Below are positions 40,600 to 47,369 of a stretch of 64,000 nt of DNA, one piece after another (position 1 is the stretch's first letter; each line of letters opens with the position of its first letter). The notes beneath the pieces are model-generated. The model had not been told where the DNA came from. It saw nothing but the letters and a program-made list of their open reading frames with translations, and ran no database searches. The stretch is from an uncultured Clostridia bacterium (GTDB lineage Bacteria > Bacillota > Clostridia > Christensenellales > UBA1242): NCBI GenBank assembly GCA_934746645.1, contig CAKVFE010000002.1:220880-284879 (forward strand), written 5' to 3'. The position numbers were made by a program, and so were the translations under genes.

Positions 40600-42237
40600 T
40601 TATTTGTTGTAATATCCAGTAAATGTTACTTTAAACATAGCATTGCTTGGATTTGTAAATACCAATTTGATGTAGTTTGAACCATCTGATGAATTTTTAG
40701 ATGTTTGATTGTTAGCAAACAAATCATTATTAGTATCTTTTTCTGTGCTACCATTGTAAGAACCGATTGTGCTATAGCTGTGTAAATCAAATTCTACAGT
40801 TTCACCACTTGCAGACAATCTAACTTTCTTTTGATTACTACTTGCATTAGAACCATTTACACTGCAACCAATTGTAAGTTCTACATTGTTGCCTGTACCT
40901 TCAATCTTAACTACAAGTTTTGTAGCTGGAGTGCTTGTTCTTGGAGCCAATACAATAGAATCAAAGTTTGATGTTGAAGTTGTAAATACATTGCTACTAT
41001 AGTCTGTAGCATATCTATTCATTGATGGATAAATAGATTGTGTTGTGCCTTCAAAAGTATTATTTAATGCTTGTTCTACAATAGCTGGAACTATAATGTT
41101 ATAACCTTTATATAAACGAGGTGAATTTTCATTTTCTAAATCACTATAATTAGAATTACCAGGATATGGTGCATTTACCATAAAATTACTATTAATTACA
41201 TAATTATTTTGTTTAAAGTAATTGCTATCATAAATTTTATTATCTTTTTCAATTAGACTATTACCTATAACATTGTTATTAATAAAATTAACGATGTTAT
41301 TTTTATAGCTTGAATTTATTCCTAATTGATTAATATTTTTTAATAAATCATTATATTTGCTTGCATTGTATATGCCATCTAAATTGGAATTTGTTAAAAT
41401 TTGAGCAACAGCCATCTTAAAATTATTTTTATTAATATTTACAAAATTTAATGTATTTTCACTATTATTTGCCCATTTCCACGAATTACTTGAATTTGCA
41501 ATAAGTTGAACAACATTTAAACTTGTATTATCTCCTGTTATTGCTCCATATAAATTCATATAATTTTTATTATAAATATAATTTGTACTTGATTCATAAT
41601 TGTTTAAGAAACTTTGTATACAATCATCACAATTTAAATTAAGTTCATTTGAATGTGAATGATTAATATTTTTTACAATTACTTTATTATCATTTACCTT
41701 TGCAATAGCACCATTCAAATTAAATACATTATTATTTGTATTATAAAGAAGTTGTTCTCCCAATTCAGTTTTCAATCTGTTAGTGCCATTTGTTCCATAA
41801 ATATAATTTAATCTATAAAGTATATCTTGGGCAAATACATCTAATTGACGATCTAATACTTCATCAAAAGATTTTGTTACATTGTCAGCATCTTTTACAC
41901 TTGCTCTAGTTGATGTAGTCTTCATACCACTAAAATATGTTGACATAGATTGTGGTTCACCTGGTTTAAGACTTTCATTAACATATCCACATACTTCACA
42001 AGTATATCCACCATTGTATTTATGGTCTTCACGCTCTTCTGCAGTACAACCTGAACTTGTACATTTTCTCCAGTGTTGTGTAGCATTGTGCTCCCAATTG
42101 CCATAAGTGTGTTGAGTATGTTCGATACTAGAACCACCACCACCATTGCCACCACCGCCAGTACAGCCTGCTAAGCCAAACACTGAAGTAGCCATAACTG
42201 ATGTTAGAGCTAAAACTAAAATTTTGCTTTTCTTCAT
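40600..42237 (-). CDS. Lipoprotein of unknown function, paralog A
   Basis: MKKSKILVL...FGLAGC lipobox followed by a Gly-rich linker. RBS aaggggaa. About 350 aa are collinear with the 43022-45103 product (LDRQxDVxAQDxLYRLNYIYGTNGT, HSH..NL.C..C, SAPYPGNSNYS, NSPRLYKGYNII.PAIV.QAL). It also has a 4-Cys/His-rich module just after the linker. Confidence 0.8.
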   Translation of the reverse strand: MKKSKILVLALTSVMATSVFGLAGCTGGGGNGGGGSSIEHTQHTYGNWEHNATQHWRKCTSSGCTAEEREDHKYNGGYTCEVCGYVNESLKPGEPQSMSTYFSGMKTTSTRASVKDADNVTKSFDEVLDRQLDVFAQDILYRLNYIYGTNGTNRLKTELGEQLLYNTNNNVFNLNGAIAKVNDNKVIVKNINHSHSNELNLNCDDCIQSFLNNYESSTNYIYNKNYMNLYGAITGDNTSLNVVQLIANSSNSWKWANNSENTLNFVNINKNNFKMAVAQILTNSNLDGIYNASKYNDLLKNINQLGINSSYKNNIVNFINNNVIGNSLIEKDNKIYDSNYFKQNNYVINSNFMVNAPYPGNSNYSDLENENSPRLYKGYNIIVPAIVEQALNNTFEGTTQSIYPSMNRYATDYSSNVFTTSTSNFDSIVLAPRTSTPATKLVVKIEGTGNNVELTIGCSVNGSNASSNQKKVRLSASGETVEFDLHSYSTIGSYNGSTEKDTNNDLFANNQTSKNSSDGSNYIKLVFTNPSNAMFKVTFTGYYNK

Positions 42238-42325
42238 TTTTTTATTCCCCTTTTTTATCAATAATACTAATATTTTTGTTATATACTATTGTTTTTGTAG
42301 TATACACTACCTTATGTACATACCT

Positions 42326-42355
42326 ATTATACCACAAACAATAACATAGTTGCAA
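42326..42355 (-). promoter_or_regulatory. Sigma-A promoter of lipoprotein paralog A
   Basis: Minus strand TTGCAA (42350-42355), 18 nt, TGgTATAAT extended -10 (TATAAT at 42326-42331). Confidence 0.55.
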
Positions 42356-42461
42356 TACCCAAAATTAAAAAAAATATGTAAATTATTAAATATATATGTT
42401 ATAAGAAAACAGCTTGTATAAAATTATTTTATTTATTATATTAACTTAACTATTGTTACTT

Positions 42462-42485
42462 GTCATTTCTAAAGCGAAATCGAAC
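42462..42485 (+). repeat. Degenerate 5' fragment of the GTCATTCTGAGCG repeat family (D0)
   Basis: GTCATTTCTAAAGCGAAATCGAAC resembles the 5' half of the full units (GTCATTCTGAGCG..GTCGAAC). Confidence 0.5.
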
Positions 42486-42518
42486 ACAAAGAACAATAAT
42501 GTAATATGTTTGTTTGCT

Positions 42519-42603
42519 CCCCTGTCTAGATTACGACTGCATTTCATTTGTTGCTTGTCCGTTTCACTCCCAAGTTCGACTATCGCTCATAATGACAGAC
42601 AGG
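42519..42603 (-). repeat. Structured repeat unit U1 (subfamily 1)
   Basis: Minus strand reads CCTGTCT-GTC-ATTAT-GAGCGATAGTCGAAC...GCAGTC-GTAAT-CT-AGACAGG(GG). Near-identical copy at 45599-45683 on the plus strand. Confidence 0.85.
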
Positions 42604-42610
42604 TAATATA

Positions 42611-42690
42611 CCCACCTAGATTCCATGTCGCATTGCTCCATTGCCTTTCACTATCGTTCAAGGTTCGGCTACGCTCAGAATGACAGGTGG
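42611..42690 (-). repeat. Structured repeat unit U2 (subfamily 2)
   Basis: Minus strand reads CCACCT-GTC-ATTCT-GAGCGTAGCCGAAC...-GGAAT-CT-AGGTGG. Near-identical copy at 45365-45444 on the plus strand. Confidence 0.85.
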
Positions 42691-42784
42691 AATTGTATTA
42701 TCATTGTTGAAACATTAAACTAGTAAATATAAAATAGTGCTATTATTTACAAATAGTTTATTCTATATAGAAATTTGGGCTTAT

Positions 42785-42861
42785 ACTTGTCATTCTGAGC
42801 GAAACGAAGTGAAGTCGAACCCCAACGGGCAACGGCTTGCCGTTGGAATCTAAAAACAAGT
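42785..42861 (+). repeat. Structured repeat unit U3 (subfamily 3)
   Basis: GTCATTCTGAGCGAAACGAAGTGAAGTCGAAC-CCC-AAC-GGG-CAACGG-CTTG-CCGTTG-GAATCT. Core 42789-42851. Confidence 0.85.
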
Positions 42862-42874
42862 AGTCTGTTTTATT

Positions 42875-42953
42875 GTCATTCTGAGCGTAGCGTTAGCGAA
42901 GTCGAAATTTGACTTTGTCAAATCGAAAGAGTGCCAAGCACCTTTCGGAATCT
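42875..42953 (+). repeat. Structured repeat unit U4 (subfamily 4)
   Basis: GTCATTCTGAGCGTAGCGTTAGCGAAGTCGAA, then hairpin ATTTGAC/GTCAAAT, then hairpin CGAAAG-aGTGC-caa-GCAC-CTTTCG, then GAATCT. Confidence 0.85.
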
Positions 42954-42977
42954 AATATCACCCATATACTAAACCAA

Positions 42978-43018
42978 TAAAAAAAGTAAACCAAGTATAA
43001 GAACTTGATTTACTTATT
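42978..43018. terminator. Bidirectional terminator: ends lipoprotein paralog B (minus) and any plus-strand transcript through U3-U4
   Basis: agtaaaccaag...cttgatttact with A7 upstream and T7 downstream. Confidence 0.75.
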
Positions 43019-43021
43019 TTT

Positions 43022-45103
43022 TTAGAATGTAAATGGCATTAAGCTAATATCAAATACAACATCATTTTTGTATTCGCTAGCGTCTACAAGTTGAGTACTA
43101 TTGTCACCAGAATATTTTTTTACACTCTTAATATTAAATGTAAATTGAATATAGTTGTCGCCAGCATCCAAATATACTGAACTATCATCAGACTTATAAC
43201 CATTATTGAACAATGTCATTGAACTAGAATCGCTAGGTCCATTGTATGTACCCATTTTTGGTGTATCATCAGTATATTTATCATATATTGAAAATACATA
43301 GTTAAATGGCAAAATCTCTCCATTGGTATCATAAGGTTTTCTAAAACTCTCAGAATATGGGTCTTTTGCATTAGGATTGTTAGGGTCAAATGTAACTTTA
43401 GTTGGGTCAAAATTAGGGTCGCTAGTATCAATATATGTTGGTACATAACCTTTACTATCTATAGTTAGTACTCCACTATCTTCACCATCTGGCACATAAG
43501 TAGGCATATTAAGTACATAAGATTGTTTTTCCCCATTAGTATAGTAACTAGCTTTATATGTTATGTTTACTTCCAACTCCACTACAATATCGTGAGCATA
43601 ACAACCTAAATCGTTGATATCATCACTTTGCTCTCCATTGTTCAATTTACGAGCTGTAGCAATTTGTAATTGTAGTGCAACTGGTTGGCTATTAGCTTTA
43701 GGTTTAAGTATAATCTTATCTAAAGTTATAGGTCCAGTTGTTGTCATTTCTTCAACAACTTCTCCACTAGAATTAATTATCTTTCTAGTTTCAAAATCTC
43801 CATTTTTACTACTACTTCTAGCATAATATGGATATAATGATATTTTTGTGTTTTCAAATTTATTATCTACAATTTTTGTGAAAGAATTGCTAAGTGCTTG
43901 ATTTACTATTGCTGGAATAATTATATTATATCCTTTATATAGTCGTGGCGAATTTTGATTTTCATTTTCAGAATAATTAGAATTACCAGGATATGGAGCA
44001 CTCATCATAAATGAATCTGTAATTGTATACATACAATCAACAGAATTTAAATATTCACTATTTTCAAATATTTTTTTATCTCTTAAAATCAAACTATTAT
44101 TTCCAGTCCTATTACCATCAATAATAGTATCATATACAAAACTAATTATTTCATCTGCAAAATTTACTTTTTCACCTTTTGCATTATTAATTTTTTCAAC
44201 ATATCCTAAATAATCTATGTTATTTAATAATTTTTTATAGCTATTTTCATCATATTTCCCATCAGGTGTAATTCCACTAACAATTTGACAAATAGCCATT
44301 TTAAAATCATTTCTATAAGTTTCAACAAATTTAAATGTATTATTCTCAGTTACTGACCAATTCCATGACTTTGTATTATCAGGAATTAACTGTATTAGAT
44401 TTAAATTCATATTATTTCCAATAATTGCACCACTAAAATTCATAAAGTTAGTATTATATAAATAATTTAACTTTGTTGAATCATATAAATTTAAATATGC
44501 TTGATAGCATTCAATACACTTTAAGTTAAAATTACCATATTGATGTGAATGATTTTTATCTATTAATGTTGCAATAACTTCATCATTCACAACAGCCACA
44601 TTATTACCATATTTATAAACATTATTAGTGATAACATCATTTAAATTTTTATAACCTATTCTATCTTCACTTGAAGCCATCAATCTATCAGTACCATTTG
44701 TACCATAAATATAATTTAATCTATAAAGTACATCTTGAGCTAATACATCAAATTGACGGTCAAGTAAAGTATTAAATTTTACTTTACTACCAGTAGCTTC
44801 GTCTTGAACTTCAAAATCGTCATTTCCCTTTATCATACCCATATAGCCATAGAAATAATCAGAGAAATCTGCAACTTGTCCATTGCCACCAATATTACCA
44901 TCGTCATCAATATCTATATCAGAGTCATCACCTGAAGATGGTGGTTGTTTGCCTGAGTCTGGTTTTGGTGGATTGTCGCTATCGTATCCACTACTACTTC
45001 CACTACCACCACTTCCACCACCAGTACAAGCAGTCAAAAAGAATGTTGAGCATAGCAACAAGCAAAAGCAACATATTATCTTAAAAAATCTTCTTTTTTT
45101 CAT
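43022..45103 (-). CDS. Lipoprotein of unknown function, paralog B
   Basis: MKKRRFF...FFLTAC lipobox, G/S linker, acidic D/P-rich spacer, then the core shared with paralog A and a longer C-terminal region. RBS gagg. Confidence 0.8.
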   Translation of the reverse strand: MKKRRFFKIICCFCLLLCSTFFLTACTGGGSGGSGSSSGYDSDNPPKPDSGKQPPSSGDDSDIDIDDDGNIGGNGQVADFSDYFYGYMGMIKGNDDFEVQDEATGSKVKFNTLLDRQFDVLAQDVLYRLNYIYGTNGTDRLMASSEDRIGYKNLNDVITNNVYKYGNNVAVVNDEVIATLIDKNHSHQYGNFNLKCIECYQAYLNLYDSTKLNYLYNTNFMNFSGAIIGNNMNLNLIQLIPDNTKSWNWSVTENNTFKFVETYRNDFKMAICQIVSGITPDGKYDENSYKKLLNNIDYLGYVEKINNAKGEKVNFADEIISFVYDTIIDGNRTGNNSLILRDKKIFENSEYLNSVDCMYTITDSFMMSAPYPGNSNYSENENQNSPRLYKGYNIIIPAIVNQALSNSFTKIVDNKFENTKISLYPYYARSSSKNGDFETRKIINSSGEVVEEMTTTGPITLDKIILKPKANSQPVALQLQIATARKLNNGEQSDDINDLGCYAHDIVVELEVNITYKASYYTNGEKQSYVLNMPTYVPDGEDSGVLTIDSKGYVPTYIDTSDPNFDPTKVTFDPNNPNAKDPYSESFRKPYDTNGEILPFNYVFSIYDKYTDDTPKMGTYNGPSDSSSMTLFNNGYKSDDSSVYLDAGDNYIQFTFNIKSVKKYSGDNSTQLVDASEYKNDVVFDISLMPFTF

Positions 45104-45172
45104 ATTGCAACCTCAATTTTTTATTTTGATTACAAAGTAAGTGCACTTTAACACACTATATATGTTACTAGT

Positions 45173-45201
45173 ATTATACAATAATAACTATCTTATGTAA
45201 A
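45173..45201 (-). promoter_or_regulatory. Sigma-A promoter of lipoprotein paralog B
   Basis: Minus strand TTTACA (45196-45201), 17 nt, TATAAT (45173-45178) preceded by TG. Confidence 0.6.
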
Positions 45202-45364
45202 TAGAAAAGTCCAAAAAATGCCATATTTACCGATAATTTTATGCCAATATGTGCATATATTAAGTGAAGAATAAATATAAAAGTTTGATTATTTTTGACT
45301 ACAATAAGCTATATAGTTATGTACATCCTAATATACAACTTAATTTTAAACATTAACTATCCCC

Positions 45365-45444
45365 CCACCTGTCATTCTGAGCGAAGCCGAACCTTGAACG
45401 ATAGTGAAAGGCAATGGAGCATTACGACATTGGAATCTAGGTGG
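45365..45444 (+). repeat. Structured repeat unit U2' (subfamily 2)
   Basis: CCACCT-GTC-ATTCT-GAGCGAAGCCGAAC...-GGAAT-CT-AGGTGG. By hand alignment it differs from the reverse complement of 42611-42690 at about four positions. Confidence 0.85.
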
Positions 45445-45493
45445 AACAAAAGCAAATAAAATAAATAATAAAAAAGATATATTTATCGTTTTA

Positions 45494-45557
45494 AGATTCC
45501 AACAACTTGCGTTGTTGCCCTACGGGTTCGACTCCAATTCGTTTCGCTCAGAATGAC
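45494..45557 (-). repeat. Structured repeat unit U3' (subfamily 3)
   Basis: Minus strand GTCATTCTGAGCGAAACGAATTGGAGTCGAAC-CC-GTA-GGG-CAACAAC-GCAA-GTTGTTG-GAATCT. The terminal hairpin differs from U3 by compensatory changes. Confidence 0.85.
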
Positions 45558-45598
45558 AAGTATTAGCCTATTTGAGTGAATGAGTAGGTTCAATATAT

Positions 45599-45683
45599 CC
45601 CCTGTCTGTCATTATGAGCTTGCCGAACTTGGGAGTGAAACGGACAAGCGACAAATGAAATGCAGTCGTAATCTAGACAGGGG
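45599..45683 (+). repeat. Structured repeat unit U1' (subfamily 1)
   Basis: CCCCTGTCT-GTC-ATTAT-GAGCTTGCCGAAC...GCAGTC-GTAAT-CT-AGACAGGGG. Confidence 0.85.
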
Positions 45684-45727
45684 TAAAACAAATTGAATAT
45701 AGAATAAAAAATATACTTATCGTTTTG

Positions 45728-45819
45728 AGATTCCAACGGCAAGCCGTTGCCCTACGGGTTCGACTTCGCTTACGCTTCGCTCAGAATGACGAATAATACA
45801 GACTACTTGTTTTGAGATT
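45728..45819 (-). repeat. Structured repeat unit U4' (subfamily 3/4 hybrid) plus a duplicated inter-unit spacer and unit fragment
   Basis: Minus strand 45790-45728 reads GTCATTCTGAGCGAAGCGTAAGCGAAGTCGAAC-CC-GTA-GGG-CAACGG-CTTG-CCGTTG-GAATCT. Positions 45791-45819 are the reverse complement of the U3-U4 junction 42847-42875 (3 mismatches in 29 by hand). Confidence 0.8.
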
Positions 45820-45843
45820 AAAAGTTATGCGTGCCAACCAGCC

Positions 45844-45871
45844 TGCGATTGGGACAATCGCAGAGTTTTTT
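45844..45871 (+). terminator. Plus-strand terminator-like hairpin inside the multi-helix element
   Basis: TGCGATT-GGGAC-AATCGCA followed by GAGTTTTTT. It would end a plus-strand transcript coming from repeat cluster 2. Confidence 0.5.
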
Positions 45872-45883
45872 GTGCGCAGGCAC

Positions 45884-45917
45884 AAAAAAACCATATAGAC
45901 CGAGTTGGTCTATATGG
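45884..45917 (-). terminator. Minus-strand terminator of spoIIM inside the multi-helix element
   Basis: Minus strand CCATATAGACC-AACTC-GGTCTATATGG followed by a T7 run. Confidence 0.7.
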
Positions 45918-45928
45918 GCTGGTTGGCA

Positions 45929-46555
45929 CTATACGACTATAATTATCACTTTAACCAATGGTAAAAGTAAACATTTTAACAGAATAATCACTACCCCAAT
46001 TATAACTAATGCCCAATACACTTTTTTATAATTAAAATTGCTACAGCAACTATTACAGCCATACTTTTTTATAATGTTATTCCGTTTAATAGCAATAGCT
46101 GATAAAAAGATAAGTATAAGACATACCATAAGGTCAAATGGCAGTATAAAGATAAAGACATTAAGCACACCAGATATGCCATATTGAACAATAAATATAG
46201 TAATATCAAAGCCAATAAGATATCCTTTTATAATCAAAATAAGAAAAGTAAAAATCTTACAAAATGGCTTAAAATTGACAAAAATTATAATCCCTGAAAA
46301 GAAAAGGAATCCAAACATACACGGAAAAAACAATCCCATAGTACCTCTATCCCCTTTCAGAAATTCGACAAAATTGCTATCAGAAAGATTGGAAAGTGTA
46401 AGGTCGCCAGAATACTTGATAGATTTAAATATCCCTAAACTTAAACCAAACACTAAAAAAACAAAACACAACAAAAGAAGTGCTTTGTATGTGCTCCAAA
46501 ATTGAGCAAAGCTATTTTTATATTTATATTGATTTTTATAACTATTAGACTTCAC
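45929..46555 (-). CDS. spoIIM: Stage II sporulation protein M (SpoIIM-like)
   Basis: About 208 aa with 5 TM helices. The IIKGYLIGF motif parallels B. subtilis FLKGVVVGF. Topology and size fit SpoIIM, and it is adjacent to spo0A/spoIVB. Confidence 0.6.
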   Translation of the reverse strand: MKSNSYKNQYKYKNSFAQFWSTYKALLLLCFVFLVFGLSLGIFKSIKYSGDLTLSNLSDSNFVEFLKGDRGTMGLFFPCMFGFLFFSGIIIFVNFKPFCKIFTFLILIIKGYLIGFDITIFIVQYGISGVLNVFIFILPFDLMVCLILIFLSAIAIKRNNIIKKYGCNSCCSNFNYKKVYWALVIIGVVIILLKCLLLPLVKVIIIVV

Positions 46556-46576
46556 AATAATATATATGAAAAAAGT

Positions 46577-47332
46577 CTAAAATTTAATACTCCTATCAAG
46601 TTGAGAATAGCTAATAATAACTTGGTCAAGTAAATATGCTAAAAATGCCCTATTGCTTACAGTACTACCAGCAAAGATAGTATTGAGTACACCATCTTGA
46701 CAATGTTTTTGTGCTAAAGTTATCGAATTGCGAATATTCCTTTCTATATTGATAGGATTGGTATTATTACGCAAAGCAACTTTTGGGTATACTTCTGTAC
46801 TCAAAGGCCCTAGTACACCATTATTGATAAGTGCTTCTTCAATACATTGTTTGATATAGTTAAATCCCATATGCTTAGGCAAAAATCCCATACGAATAAG
46901 GTATTCGGTTAAAAATTGACTAACAATCCTATAATCAAATCTAAAGGTGTTGTTCTTTTCAATATTAAACAAAATCCTTTCTCTAAGTGGTGCCATACTC
47001 TTATAGAACTCATTGTAAGACATACAAAATCTACTTACACCATCAATATTGATTTGTTGTGTGTCATTAACACCAAGATAAACAATATTGTCCGGTATAC
47101 CAAATTTAGCATCTTTTTGGACATTAACAAATTCGTCAGTTATATCAATAGACTCTCCGTCTACTATAAGCAAATTAACTTGTTGTTGGTTGACTGTATA
47201 GATAAGGTCAGAAAAGAACTTAACTATACTTAAATTAAACTTTTTAGAATTATGGAAAATTTCATTCATCTCCATCATTCGTTTTAAATTATCTCTACAA
47301 TAAAATACTGTATACAGATTCTCCGTTGCCAT
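46577..47332 (-). CDS. spo0A: Spo0A orthologue with a divergent, apparently degenerate receiver domain
   Basis: The C-terminal half matches the Spo0A_C DNA-binding domain (MGFLPKHMGFNYIKQCI..., EVYPKVA, NIERNIRNSI). Canonical position immediately downstream of spoIVB. The N-terminal REC-like half retains LLIVD but lacks several conserved REC residues by hand alignment. Confidence 0.75.
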   Translation of the reverse strand: MATENLYTVFYCRDNLKRMMEMNEIFHNSKKFNLSIVKFFSDLIYTVNQQQVNLLIVDGESIDITDEFVNVQKDAKFGIPDNIVYLGVNDTQQINIDGVSRFCMSYNEFYKSMAPLRERILFNIEKNNTFRFDYRIVSQFLTEYLIRMGFLPKHMGFNYIKQCIEEALINNGVLGPLSTEVYPKVALRNNTNPINIERNIRNSITLAQKHCQDGVLNTIFAGSTVSNRAFLAYLLDQVIISYSQLDRSIKF

Positions 47333-47369
47333 TTTATAAATCCCTTCTTTTTAAAAACTTAATGGCAAT

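Larger units (their letters stand above)
45831..45929. other. 99-nt multi-helix element: three hairpins enclosed by a perfect 13-bp G+C-rich stem
   Basis: P1 GTGCCAACCAGCC (45831-45843) pairs with GGCTGGTTGGCAC (45917-45929). P2 TGCGATT/AATCGCA (45844-45862). P3 TTTTTTGTGC/GCACAAAAAA (45866-45889). P4 (CC)ATATAGACC/GGTCTATAT(GG) (45891-45917). Confidence 0.8.

Noticed and set aside
42453-42683. 76-aa ORF (and the 45831-46031 ORF) running through the repeats or multi-helix element
   Set aside because: The reading frames are created by the G+C-rich repeats. There is no RBS, the peptide is not conserved between repeat copies, and the copies occur on both strands.
42519-45790. Hammerhead-type self-cleaving ribozyme in the repeat units (GUC triplet, CUGA and GAA boxes)
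   Set aside because: The core does not fit. CUGAGCG is not CUGANGA, CGAAC lacks one A of CGAAAC, and CUGA follows GUC after only 3 nt, leaving no stem I. The resemblance is superficial. Self-cleavage is suggested only as an experiment.
42519-45790. tRNA-like or T-arm elements, because the reverse strand of the units contains GGTTCGAC resembling a T-loop
   Set aside because: No flanking 5-bp T-stem or cloverleaf can be drawn, and the acceptor-like stems do not give tRNA geometry.
42455-45820. CRISPR array
   Set aside because: The units occur in both orientations, belong to several sequence subfamilies, have irregular spacing and AT-rich non-unique spacers, and no cas genes are nearby.
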